From contig OZ024753.1 of NCBI GenBank assembly GCA_964016885.1, positions 6,138,001 through 6,202,000 of the forward strand: a stretch of DNA of 64,000 nucleotides, given 5' to 3'. Below are positions 13,570-27,212 of the stretch, one piece after another. The translations under genes and the position numbers were made by a program. Within the stretch, counting starts at the first letter, position 1. Each line of letters begins with the position of its first letter. The notes under the pieces were generated by a model, which saw only the letters and a list, made by a program, of their open reading frames with translations, was not told where the DNA came from and made no database searches. The stretch comes from Eledone cirrhosa (taxonomy: Eukaryota).

Positions 13570-15135
13570 ATAGATATACATACATATAGATATATATCTA
13601 TATTTATATGAATATATATATATATATATAGATATACATATCTATATTTATATGAATATATATATAGATATACATATATATATTTATATGAATATATGTA
13701 TATAGATATACATATCTATATCTATATGAATATATATATATATATAGATATACATATATATATATTTGTATGAATATATATATGTATATAGATATACATA
13801 TATATATGTGTATGAATATATATATATGTATATAGATATACATATCTATATTTATATGAATATATATATATATAGATATATAGATATACGTATATATATT
13901 CATATGAATATATGTATATAGAAATACATATCTATATTTATATGAATATATGTATATAGATATACATATCTATATTTATATGAATATATATATATATAGA
14001 TATACAAATATATATTTGTATGAATATATATATATTCATATAGATATATATATATATATTTGTAGGAATATATATATGTATGGATGAATATATATATGTA
14101 TATAGATATACATATCTTTATTTGTATGAATATATACATGTATATATAGCTGTACATATCTATATTTATATAAATATTTATATCTATATGTAGATATGCA
14201 TATCTATATTTATATATAAATGTCTGTGTATATATAGCTATACATATCTATATTTATATAAACATTTATATGTCAATATAGATATGCATATCTATAATTA
14301 TATATAAATGTATATGTATATATAGCTATACATATCTATATATATATAAACTAGATATACATATATATATTTATAGATATAACCTAGATATACATATATA
14401 TATTTATAGATATAACCTAGATATACATATCTATATTTATATATATAAACTAGATATACATATATATATTTATATATATAAACTAGATATACATATATAT
14501 ATTTATAGATATAACCTAGATATACATATCTATATTTATAGATATAAACTAGATATACATATATATATTTATAGATATAACCTAGATATACATATATATA
14601 TTTATAGATATAACCTAGATATACATATATATATTTATATATATAAACTAGATATACATATATATATTTATAGATATAAACTAGATATACATATATATAT
14701 TTATAGATATAACCTAGATATACATATATATATTTATATATATAAACTTGATGTACATATATATATTTATATATATAAACTTGATGTACATATATATATT
14801 TATATATATAAACTTGATGTACATATATATATTTATATATATAAACTAGATATACATATATATATTTATATATATAAACTAGATATACATATATATATTT
14901 ATAGATATAAACTAGATATACATATATATATTTATAGATATAACCTAGATATACATATATATATTTATAGATATAACCTAGATATACATATATATATTTA
15001 TAGATATAACCTAGATATACATATATATATTTATAGATATAACCTAGATATACATATATATATTTATAGATATACACTTGATGTACATATATATATTTAT
15101 ATATGCAAACTTATATATGTATACATATATATATG
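13570..15135. repeat. AT-rich minisatellite, including a 33-bp unit array at about 14330-15100
   Basis: CTAGATATACATATATATATTTATAGATATAAC repeated, giving the 11-aa periodic ORF. Confidence 0.9.
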
Positions 15136-15674
15136 CTTCATAAATTACTTGTCTGAGTACCTGTGATCATTAAAATGTGTTGTCTATCGCATTGATACAA
15201 TGATAACGCTACAAATAGAATATTATGTCCATAAAGAATTGTAATGGTTGTTGTCGTCGCCATTATGAAATGTGTGTATGACATCTTGTTGAATGTTGAG
15301 AAATAACAAACGAACAGAATATCAAATAATAAAATAATCCCCTCATAATTGATCGGATTCAATAATGATTTCCATATTATCTGAGCAACTTCCAGTATGG
15401 TAAATGTTATATGATTGCAGCAAACCTATGTTATAGATGTAATTTGATAAACAAGAATATATCCATATTAATATCTATGCTTTATTAAAGAAATCTACAC
15501 TTGTTCGAAATTCCCCGCTTTATATCCTGAGACGCGCAATCCATCACATGTATACATCATACACAGACGCACGCGCACACTCCAACACATGTATATATAT
15601 ATTTATATATATATACACATACACGAACACACTTATATATATACATATATATATATATATATACATATATATAT

Positions 15675-15713
<39 letters not shown>

Positions 15714-15722
15714 TATATAAAT

Positions 15723-15769
<47 letters not shown>

Positions 15770-15944
15770 TATATATATATGCATATACATCTATATATAT
15801 AGTATGTATATATATAACCTTAAGGCAAACATTGATGCAATTCAAATCATGCACTCGACTCATTTTTTCCACATAGGAAAAACGCAGTATATTTAGAATG
15901 AAAAAATATGAAGTAGTTTCAGATATTAAAGTCATTTATTGATA

Positions 15945-16023
15945 AGGCTGTGATACATATTTCAATGACGACAGTGGCCACACGAATCCGTGTACCCAGT
16001 GCCATGACCTCATCAGACAGCCT
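15945..16023 (-). ncRNA. complete type I hammerhead ribozyme motif with long stem II (family F)
   Basis: Minus strand AGGCTGT-CTGATGA-GGTCATGGCACTGGGTACACGGATTCGTGTGGCCACTGTCGTCATT-GAAA-TATGTA-TC-ACAGCCT: perfect 7-bp stem I, exact core, hairpin stem II, short near-palindromic stem III, AUC triplet. Confidence 0.75.
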
Positions 16024-16178
16024 CTTATATAATAAGGTTACGTTCCCGAGGTCATCCAAACAGAAACAAGGGATCTGACAAGGCGTGTGTTCTTGAATCG
16101 ACTGCCCGTTCCCCTGTGGTCAACAATCTGTTAGGATTCCCTTGGGAACATAACCTTATTATATAAGCTGTCCGATGA
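16010..16178. mobile_element. inverted repeat of the family F pLTR-like element
   Basis: TCATCAGACAGC..TTATATAATAAGGTTACGTTCCC versus GGGAACATAACCTTATTATATAAGCTGTCCGATGA; the second arm stops just after the 5' half of the core. Confidence 0.7.
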
Positions 16179-18159
16179 TGAAGCCTTTTTTACATATGAG
16201 CCTGTTTCGTTACTCTACACATGAGTTAACTACCTTAGTCTGGTTACCTCCAAGTCAATTCGGGATCAACATTTATGTATATACATGTGTGTTTTCGTGC
16301 GTGTGTGTGTATACCTGTGTGGGTATGATTACTTGTAGTACAGGTGAGCATGTGTGTCTATATTATTTGGAGCTGTCAGTTCCAATGAAGAGAATTCTAA
16401 TTATGGGAACAATGGATCGAACCCATGACATTAACGTACAAATATCTGAACATTCCTATGGCCTGTACACATTTAGTAGTTGAATCAACATTCAACCTGA
16501 ATTTTAAGCGATAAGGCTGGCTAAGTTTATTACTGGTACAAATCATTTTTACGTTTTTAAATTAACTGGTTCAATTTCAAATAAAATGTCTTGCTCAAAG
16601 ACGTATTACGCTATCATGATTGAAAATCCCAACGTAACGTTTGTAAGCAAAATAACCTAACAATTAAGTCATGCATAAGGGCTAGGTTTTTCACATCAAG
16701 TTGTATAGAGTCGGGAATGTAGGCGTGGTTGCAGCCTTTTGACCCGACTTAAAGTAAACCGCAATTTTAATCCTAATAAAAAATATCTAACAAATATGTA
16801 ATAGCCCTTTACCGCAAAACAATACTAAGCCCACTAAGACAAAAACATTAAAAGAAAAAACACAAAAACCATGAGGGGAATTGAAAGTACATATAGTATG
16901 TTTAGACTCATTATACTCGCCACAGAGTTTTAGATTCAATTAATTTCCGCTGATTTATAAATAGTAGCTTACTTTGGCACGACTAACAATTATTCTTGAG
17001 AAATGATAATATAAATGTGATACAAAGGAATGACCGCAGCGAATTACTGTTATGGAAATTAGAAGGAAATTAAAACTCGTGTCATCTTCGATGAAACTGA
17101 ACGCGAAAAGTAATTAAACTTTACAAAAAGTAAGAAAATAAAAACATATTAGACCGTCTTTCTTTTTTTAATACTCCTTGACTTCTTCAAGAAATATTAA
17201 TAAAAAAAAGATGAAATTCCTTTCTGGAAGATTGTTTGGCTGGTTTTATTTTCTCTCCATCAAAGTCTGTGCGTCAATAATGATGCGATATACAATTGAA
17301 ATTTAATTGATGGTAATATTAGATGTTTCACTGTTATTAACAAATTAATTTAAATTACCACGACAGGAATGTGGTGTTTTTGTGGGGCTGATATTAATAA
17401 ATATTATGTAGTGATAGATTTACAAGACCATTATAGACAGATAATGGAATAGAAAATTAAAAAAATAATACAAAAATAATACAAAAACAATAAAAAAGAA
17501 AGACAAATCTGCAATATGCGTAAATTTTATTACAGGAAACATTTAATTTCTTTGAAGATGAAAAAGTATATAAAAAATGAAAGAAATATAAGGATATTCA
17601 ACAAGACTAAACTTAAAACAGACTAAGTTATGAGATCAAAGAATATATATCATCAAACGATGTTTAACGATTTAATGAGATTTAAAAATCAAATGGATTA
17701 AATCGAATAATAAAGAAAATATAATAAAGTGTAGAATACGTGTAAACATATAAATATACGTTGTTTTGCAGAGATGCAAATTTAAAAATATGAAAGAACT
17801 AAAATTAAATGAAGACCAGATACGTACGGAATAACGACCTATCATCATCGTTCTGTCTATGAAGCTTTAATATATACAGCTCTTCATGTGCGTGTTTCAT
17901 ACACCAATTACACACTGAAACACAAACATAAAGACCAAATTTACATAGCCTTGCATATAAGTATACATATATGCATACATAAACCCGCATGCAGGCAGAC
18001 ACATGCACGCACGCAGGCACACGCAGGGTTTAGTGAGGTAATCTAAACGAAGTAAAATTGACCACAAATGAATGAGAACAGTTATATATTTCCTTAAATG
18101 GGAATCATTTCGTCATTACGCTAACGGACGTTCGATGAGTTTTTGATTGCAGGGTCTGT

Positions 18160-18400
18160 TGTGACGCGCGTTTCGCGATTGATCAGCTCAAGGTTCGTTC
18201 TATATCGAGGCCGACACTGGAATCAAAATCTCACCAAAACACTGTTAGCTTCTGTCAGTCATCTATTAAGCTGAGAGAAGTCTGATGACCCTTTGAGTCG
18301 TGTTCGATTGACAGTGATCGAACCTTGAGCTGATCAATCGTAAAACGCGTGTCACACCTTTTTAAACGTAATGAGTACTTATTATTAATTTTACCCTCTG
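18160..18400. mobile_element. inverted-repeat element (family E; pLTR-like or MITE)
   Basis: About 37-bp arms GTGACGCGCGTTTCGCGATTGATCAGCTCAAGGTTCG / CGAACCTTGAGCTGATCAATCGTAAAACGCGTGTCAC; internal CTGATGA at 18282; TGAGTAC tail motif. Confidence 0.55.
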
Positions 18401-19572
18401 CTTAGTATAACAGATTTAATACTGGAGACCATTGCATCGAGTGTTCACTTTGATGAACCAACTGTAACTTGACGTTACAATAACTAAATAAATATATTTA
18501 GATATAGATATATAGAGAGAAAGAGACCATATTTCAGGCCCCTGCTAATCATATGAGAAATACGCCACTTGTGCGACCATATCGGATTGTGAAGAGGCAT
18601 TAATTCACCAGTCGATGGATAAAGTCTGAGATTTGAAACCCTGCAACGAAATTAAGCTATTGAACAGGAACAGCACCGTCTCCTTTCTGACGTTGCTCCA
18701 ATTTGATTGAAATCGATTGGAACATTGTTTCTTGAAACTGGTTGGATGTCTGGCAGTTGACCTCAGCAGTGGGCAGGAACAATTGACATACAGTCTATAA
18801 ATGTTGCTAGGCCACATCTATATTTTTATAGATACACATAAACACAGACCAACACACATGCACTTATATACATGCATACATAGATGCAAACATAGATGCA
18901 AATAATTACACATATTCATACATACGTACGCATATATACGTACGTACATATACATACGTACGTACATATATATATCTACATACATACGTGCATATATATA
19001 TATATATATGTACGTACGTACATAAATACACACATGCGTACATACACACATAAATACATGCAATCATACATAAATACATGCACACAAATATTTATATTTG
19101 TTTTATTGGTGGTAATAAATATATTTTCTGTATGTCCATTGAGATGCATGTGTGAGCATATAATATGGGGATTTATTTATCATAACCGCAGATCCTAATC
19201 TGCATTTAAAGTACCAACGATATTAATAATGTGATACAGAAGTGTGAGTTATACAAATACCAGAGCGACGGAGTGAATGCGTGTGTTATAAAAGGGAAAC
19301 GAAATTAGTAAAAATATAAAGAATCAAGAAAAAATGTTGTGAAATATATTTGCGGAAAAAATATATATTTGAACGAAATACCCAGAAAAAAAATGCCCCT
19401 GATTTATGTTTTTCCTCGCTAAACAGAAATGATCGCCTGAATGGATATAAATCATAGCTCGAGCAATTTAGTTTATACAGAAATTTTAGAAATGGTAGCG
19501 CATGCACTTTAACAAAAAATTCACAGGAATTTCTACTTGTTAAACTCTACGTCAAATATGCACTTATTTCAG

Positions 19573-19702
19573 AGAGTTTACAATATTATTTTTGACGTAC
19601 AAAGAATATTTGATAATAAAAAAAATACGTATAGACTAAAAGAAAAAATGAAACAATATGAGTTACAAAAAGAGAATGAAATCAAGGATTCACCCAAGAA
19701 CT
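19573..19702 (+). CDS. candidate internal exon
   Basis: TTATTTCAG acceptor and CT|GTAAGT donor; 130 nt open RVYNIIFDVQRIFDNKKNTYRLKEKMKQYELQKENEIKDSPKN; phase 0 in, phase 1 out. Confidence 0.35.
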
Positions 19703-20473
19703 GTAAGTAATGTGTAAACTGAATTAGCGATGTATTGTGGTGCAAAATGGGTACATAATTCAGATTTGGGTAGACGTTTTTATAGGCAGAAAACAACAAT
19801 TGTCTATGTGGAAAATAATGTTTTAGACGTATTGAACAAAATTATTTTTTTTTATCTGTAATCTTATTTACGAACTCTCATACAAATACTACTGCAACTA
19901 TACACACAGATTTCCACAAACAAAGGAATGAAGATAAACAAGGCAAACGTTGTTTTGTGAGTGTATATCTATATGATTGTGTTCAGAATTAATTATTGAT
20001 CAAAAGAAGCCTTCATGTAGAATGCAGTATTTTGTTGGTTCAATAATGTTCAATCACTTCTTCAAGTGATATAGTTTTGTATCGGACATTATTCTGATTT
20101 ATTTTCAAATTTATACACGTAGATATACGCCTGTTTGTATGTATGCATGTATACATAAGAATTTATGAATGTGTATATATATATATATATTATATATATG
20201 CACACACATATCGGCAGGCATTGACACACAAACGCACACATAAACACCACACACAAACACACACAAACACCACACACAAACGCACACATAAACACTACAT
20301 ACACACACATATATATAGCTAGTTATTTACGTACACATAAACGAATCAGAATGAGATGAAAACAGATATAAAAACTATGAAATTATAGACATGACCGTTT
20401 GATTTATGGTTGAACACACACATACACAAACACGCGCACATATATATATGTATATGTGTGTGTGTGTCTGTAA

Positions 20474-20506
<33 letters not shown>

Positions 20507-20509
20507 ATA

Positions 20510-20570
20510 TAGAAATGGCTTCTACATGACTAGAACTGTTTCATTCGAAGGATATCACCAAAGAAGCACA
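20510..20570 (-). mobile_element. degenerate family A HHR remnant
   Basis: Minus strand GCTTCT-TTGGTGA-TATCCTTCGAAT-GAAA-CAGTTCTAGTCATG-TA-GAAGC. Confidence 0.5.
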
Positions 20571-20814
20571 TTCAGTCATATATATAGATAGATAAATCTA
20601 TCAAAAGTTTACGGTAGTGTCCAATCCGTATGAAGAACTCAATGTAATCCGGATATCATGAAAAGAGAAGCTGCATTCAAAAACTACTTTCGGTGAAAAA
20701 TAAACACATATATATCCTAGAAACGATCGTAAAATGATGAATTTTTTTTAATATAAGGAACTGTTTCTTTGTTTATTCATTATTTTATTAATATATATAT
20801 ATATATATATATAT

Positions 20815-20903
20815 AAAGTGGTTACACAACAGTTAGTTCACCATACCGAGAACAATTGTTTCACCTTAGCGGATCCTGAGTGCCTTACCACTACGGATAT
20901 TAC
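20815..20903. mobile_element. family D pLTR-like remnant
   Basis: CACAACAGTTA..CCGAGAACAATTGTTTCACC and CTGAGTGCCTTACCACTACGGA match 38210-38390. Confidence 0.55.
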
Positions 20904-21063
<160 letters not shown>

Positions 21064-21084
21064 ATAAATAAATAAATAAATAAA

Positions 21085-21245
21085 TAGTCAGGACCCCGAC
21101 GGCTGATCTCTAATCGTTTCGAATTCTAGATCCGCCCAGATCTAGCTGTCGAAGCGGCCGGAGGTGAGTTGACGGTGCCCTGACTCTATTCATATTACCC
21201 ATTCTACTACTCTAAGTATCGAGCACTCTGGTACGTCATGGTCTG
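21085..21245 (+). mobile_element. family B fold-back element, diverged
   Basis: AGTCAGGACCCCGACGGCTGA arm and tail AAGTATCGAGCACTCTGGT. Confidence 0.65.
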
Positions 21246-21622
21246 TTTATTTAAAAACATTTTGAAGGCCTTTTGCTATGAATTTTAAGGTAGTGACAAA
21301 CGGATATGTAGTCTTGATAACCAGACATAAGTGAGAGACTGTGGCCGTCGATTATTCACCTATGTTTTTGCTGAGGCTAGGTATGTAACGTTTTGTACAG
21401 GGCGGACAACACGATGTACAAGCCTTGTGTGGATTTTAAAGTTGATGCAAGCATGATTTGGGCAATATTGATGGAATATTTTCCACGGAATACAAATGAT
21501 ATAGCGCTGAAGGCGGCGCTAGAGAGAGTAATGTTTGAGTTTCTCTAGTGGAGCCCAATAGTATAATGTATATACTTAATGATAGACGGCATCACCGGCC
21601 TTGAAAATACTGTGTGTATGTA

Positions 21623-21657
<35 letters not shown>

Positions 21658-21675
21658 ATATATATATATATATAT

Positions 21676-22175
21676 GTCAGGTCACTCTCGAGTGCTACTG
21701 GTAACATGTAACCCAGTACAACCTGTCTCATGGTCGGGTCGTCGGCGACTAAACCGGCATACCCACGAAGCTTGCTTGGTGAGGAGGGTGACACTTCGAC
21801 ACCCTGCGTGATCAAATACAAGATCCGGCAAAGTGTGGAGAAACTCAGGAGTCAACGACCATCCAAATAGGACCCTTTTTTTCACCTGGGAGTGAAAGGC
21901 CCCCAGTTGTTCTCACAACACTTTTCTAAGAGAGGGAAACTCTGAAAAACAAGCTGCGTCTTCGGAGGCATCCGACGATGTTGACCAGTTCTCCTTTTCC
22001 GGTAATGTTTTCGATGTTCAGCGAGTGGGATTTATGGAGTGCAAGGCCTTTCCCCACTTTCAAAGCACAGACATTGGTTACTCAGGATCTGTTACTGGCC
22101 GTAGCCTAAAGGTACACCATTTTCTGTAATCTGACAAGAGATGGTTATACTCTTAGCAGAGTCTGCAACCATCAT
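21676..22175 (+). mobile_element. bipartite RTE-derived non-autonomous element, family Y
   Basis: Colinear with the RTE 5' UTR at 59572-60042, then jumps to the RTE 3' terminus (AATCTGACAAG..TACTCTTAGCAGAGTCTGCAACCATCAT); (TA)n both sides. Confidence 0.85.
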
Positions 22176-22189
22176 ATATATATATATAT

Positions 22190-22371
22190 GAACCAGTAGG
22201 ACCCCGACAGCTGAGCTCAAGCCGTTTCGATGGCTAATTCTGAGTCCAGAATTAGCCGTCGAAACGGCTTGAGCTCAGCTGTCGGGGTCCTACTGGTTCC
22301 TATTACCCACTCAAGTATTGAGTACTTTGGTGCGTTATGGTCCACCTGGTTCCTTACCACATTTCCTTCGT

Positions 22372-22372
<1 letters not shown>
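22190..22372 (+). mobile_element. family B fold-back element with the 3' half of an HHR
   Basis: 53-bp inverted arms (1 mismatch), 4-nt loop; GAAA-CGGC-TTGAGCTCA-GCTG-TC-GGGGTCC; tail AAGTATTGAGTACTTTGGTGCG. Confidence 0.8.
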
Positions 22373-22402
<30 letters not shown>

Positions 22403-22442
22403 AACTTAGATATATATATACATTATATATATATACAATCTA

Positions 22443-22786
22443 TCTAAGGCGGGTAAAATTCCCGAGATCCATGGATGAGTTCTCTCCAGCGGTCTCTGTC
22501 CCTCATTATCGCTGCCATGTCCTGCGTCTCCAACAGACCAGTGTCTGTCCTTAGGGCATCAACATACGTTAACCTTGTCTTCCTCTTCTAGTGTGTCCAG
22601 GAGCACTGAGTGCAATGTCAACTCTGGATGTCGGTGAGCATGTCCAGCTAACCTCAGTCTCCTCTGTCACTTTTGAGCTGACTTTTGGGATGCTCCCATA
22701 CAGCTCTGAGTTTTTCATCCTCAGTGTATACTGATTAATGTTCAGAGCCATCCTCAGCATTCTCGTGTAGCACCCATCCACCATTC
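22443..22786 (-). mobile_element. RTE/RTEX-like LINE 3' fragment
   Basis: VDGCYTRMLRMALNI..N.ELYG.IPKVS..RLRLAGH..RH..RRGR; same family as 38895-39135. Confidence 0.8.
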
Positions 22787-22960
22787 TTTCTACTTTTGGC
22801 TCACGGCCAGCAAATCCCCAGTACATTACTGGTACTTTATTTTTCGACCCCGTAAGGATGACAGGCAAAGTTAACCTCGGCGGGATTTGAACTCAGAATG
22901 GCAAGGGCCGTAACTCTAAGTGTCAAAGCATGGCGTCTGACTCTCTACTGATACTGCCAA
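22787..22960 (-). mobile_element. tRNA-type SINE abutting the LINE fragment
   Basis: Head and core intact; tail ends at GTAGAAAG directly into LINE sequence. Confidence 0.85.
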
Positions 22961-23153
22961 TAATGTATATAAATATGTATGAATATCATACACGTTCCTT
23001 TCGTATAACATGCTGGTTTCTTTGTACTACCATTAAGGAAATTGTTTCCATCCTTATACACATAATTAGAAACACAACCGATATTACATTTATTCATATT
23101 GATGAATAAATGTACATATTTAAGTATATATTTTACGTATTGTACGTATTCAA

Positions 23154-23207
<54 letters not shown>

Positions 23208-23472
23208 TTATATACTACCTCATTTGGAATGTTTCGAGAGAACAGAACACCTTGTTTTTCAAATTCAATCTGAATAGAAGTTATTTACGTTGAAATATAA
23301 TGTAGAATGTATTGTGTAAAACATTGTTTGGGTATGTTTTGTCCTCATTTTACCTGAGTAACACCTTTATATTCATTTCGGCATTGTACTGGTTTTCCGT
23401 ATATTTCATAGCTCCCAATGACTCATGTAATCTATTGTCCTTTATATATATATACACACACACACACATACA

Positions 23473-23569
<97 letters not shown>

Positions 23570-24709
23570 TAATATGTATAAGTCTGTGTGTTTATAGTAA
23601 TACACAAATAAATATTAGTATTAAATACATAGATGTATATATAAATATATATATATATATATTTGTGTGTGCATATGTATATATGTGTATGTATGTTTGT
23701 GTGTGTATGTATATATGTTTGTGTGTGTATGTATATATGTTTGTGTGTGTATGTATGTGTATGTATATATATAAATGTTTGTGTGTATGGATGCATGTGT
23801 GTATATATATAAATGTTTGTGTATGGATGTGTGTGTATGTATATGTTTGTTTGTGTGTGTATGTATGTGTATGTATATATATAAATGTTTGTGTGTATGG
23901 ATGTATGTATATATATAAATGCTTGTGTGGATGTATGTATGTATATATGTATATATATATATGTTTGTATGTATGCATATATGTGTGTGTACATATATAT
24001 GTTTGTGTGTGTGTGAATATGTGAGTATTTGTGTAGTAAGTATTTTTCTTTTAATGCGCAGGAAACCTTAATACAAATACGTATTATCATCCACGATGTT
24101 AATGTTTGTAACGATACAAGATTTTATATGTACAGGAATTATTTTTCACATTAGAAAATCCATTTGCTAACGTGAAATTCAAAAATGAAATTATCACGCT
24201 ATTTTAAAACAATCTTAGCTCTTAATATATAAACATACTCAATATATCAAACTAATATTCCGTTTTCACTTTCTAATTCTGATTTTGTATTTGAAATCAT
24301 ATACATATTTGATTAAAAACCAAACAAGAAAAAAATTATACTTTCGTATATTCCTATCAGGGCAATATTTATAGAATGCATTTTATATTATATAATTTCA
24401 TAGAATTATATTCTATTTGGATTCTAAACTTAAAAGTGATATGAAATATTATTTCAGAATGGTTTTAGCTTAAGGTATATTGCATTCTCTTTTTATTCCT
24501 GGAATAATTACTATTCCGCGCGCGCGCGTGTGTGTGTGTCTCTGTGTGTGTATTTATTGTATATATACCGTGTATATATATATTGTATATATATATATAA
24601 ATTTTGTATGTATATATTTTCATCAAATCGATTCTTACTGTGTAATTGATTTGTCTTTGTACATATTTTTCTGTATATGTATAGACATACAAACACACAC
24701 ACATATGTA

Positions 24710-24752
<43 letters not shown>

Positions 24753-25089
24753 ACGCGTGTGTGTATGTCTCTGTCTGCGTGATTTTATTAAATCATTATA
24801 TAGTCCGTACTTCAAAACTCATAGTCCATACCGTTTATGTTATATTCTATCATCCAATTTCCTCGTTCAATTATGTGTATGGCATGATATCATTGGTATC
24901 ACGTTTCATGTTCTATGTTGTGACTATTTTATAACCATTTTGCATAGAAACACTTAAAATGACAGACTAATATATATATCTTGTGTAATACCGAGTTTCT
25001 ATCAATAAAATAAAATTTAAATCTCTTTTGGAATATACATTTGCATGTATTTTTCTTTCTCGCCTTTCCTATCTCAGTCTCCCTCTCTA

Positions 25090-26215
25090 CATATGTGTAT
25101 ATATATATTATGTATGTATATATCATGCATGTATTATGTATGTATTATCTATATATATATATATGTATTATGTATGTATTATCTATATATATATGTATTA
25201 TGTATGCATTATCTATATATATATATGTATTATGTATGTATTATCTATATAAATATGTATTATGTATGTATTATCTATATAAATATGTATTATGTATGTA
25301 TTATCTATATAAATATAAATGTATTATGTATGTATTATCTATATAAATATAAATGTATTATGTATGTATTATCTATATAAATATATATGTATTATGTATG
25401 TATTATCTATATATATATGTATTATGTATGTATTATTTATATATATATATATATTGTGTATGTATTATTTATATATATATATATTATGTATGTATTATTT
25501 ATATATATATAATGTATGTATTATTTATATATATATATATTATGTATGTATTATTTATATATATATATATTGGTGGATTGGCAGTATCGGTAGAGAGTCG
25601 GACGCTATGCTTTCCAGCATAGTTACGTCACTTTACGATCTGAGTTCAAATCCCGCCGAAGTTCACTTTGCCTTTCATCCTTACGGGGTCGATAAAATAA
25701 AGTACCAGTAATGCACTGGGTAATTGCTGGCCTTGTGCCAAACGTAGAAACAATTATTTATATATATATATATTATGTATTATTTATATATATATATATA
25801 TTATGTATGTATTATTTATATATATATATATATATTATGTATGTATTATTTATATATATATATATTATGTATGTATTATTTATATATATATATATTATGT
25901 ATGTATTATTTATATATATATATATTATGTATGTATTATTTATATATACATATTATGTATGTATTATTTATATATATATATATTATGTATGTATTATTTA
26001 TATATATATATATATTATGTATGTATTATTTATATATATATATATATTATGTATGTATTTATATATATATATTATGTATGTATTATTTATATATATATAT
26101 ATATATTATGTATGTATTATTTATATATATATATATATATTATGTATGTATTATTTATATATATATATTATGTATGTATTATTTATATATATATATATTA
26201 TATATATATTGTGTA
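25090..26215. repeat. TATTATGTATGTATTAT(C/T)TATATA minisatellite interrupted by a SINE
   Basis: Direct inspection. Confidence 0.9.
25571..25758 (+). mobile_element. tRNA-type SINE, full length
   Basis: GGTGGATTGGCAGTATCGGTAG ... GAGTTCAAATCCCGCC ... GTAGAAACAATTATT. Confidence 0.92.
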
Positions 26216-26433
26216 TATAGGTTTCACATAAAGAGACAAATCAGGCTGAATAGATAAATTCTGCCAGCCAACCAGTTTGTTGAAAGATGGCTGAGAGAAG
26301 CGAGCATGGTCTGAGTGAATGGGCTTGCTCAGAGTATGCGTCTGTAAATCGGAGGAATAAATTTGAGTCGGAGTATTTGCCCCAGAGGTCAAGTTTATCT
26401 AAGGTTTTTGTCGGCTTTCTCTCAATGACTTTC

Positions 26434-26955
26434 GGAGGTAACCCCCATTTAAGGAATTTATCGGAGGTATCCCCCATTTAAGGAATTTATCGGAGGTAAC
26501 CCCCATTTAAGGAATTTATCGGAGGTAACCCCCATTTAAGGAATTTATCGGAGGTAACCCCCATTTAAGGAATTTATCGGAGGTATCCCCCATTTAAGGA
26601 ATTTATCGGAGGTATCCCCCATTTAAGGAATTTATCGGAGGTAACCCCCATTTAAGGAATTTATCGGAGGTAACCCCCATTTAAGGAATTTATCGGAGGT
26701 AACCCACATTTAAGGAATTTATCGGAGGTAACCCACATTTAAGGAATTTATCGGAGGTAACCCCCATTTAAGGAATTTATCGGAGGTAACCCCCATTTAA
26801 GGAATTTATCGGAGGTAACCCCCATTTAAGGAATTTATCGGAGGTAACCCCCATTTAAGGAATTTATCGGAGGTAACCCCCATTTAAGCAATTTATCGGA
26901 GGTAACCCCCATTTAAGGAATTTATCGGATGTAACCCACATTTAAGGAATTTATC
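26434..26955. repeat. 29-bp tandem minisatellite, 18 copies
   Basis: GGAGGTAACCCCCATTTAAGGAATTTATC head-to-tail with no spacers. Confidence 0.95.
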
Positions 26956-27212
26956 TTTTTATTTTAAATTTTTATTTTTTAGTCTTCTTTACAAACCTTT
27001 CTCTTAAACAAAATCCCACTCTATTATCTTCTACCGTCATTATATTATCATATTATATTATCATCACACTCAACATCATCATCCTTATCTTCATCATTAC
27101 CCTCCTCATCATCAGTACCCTCCTCATCATCATCATCACAAGCACTACAACCAACACCATAATCAACACCACCACCAACACCACCGTCATCTTCATCACC
27201 AGCACCACCACC

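Noticed and set aside
26434-26955. CRISPR-like 29-bp repeats
   Set aside because: No spacers and no cas genes, in a eukaryotic context; a plain tandem array
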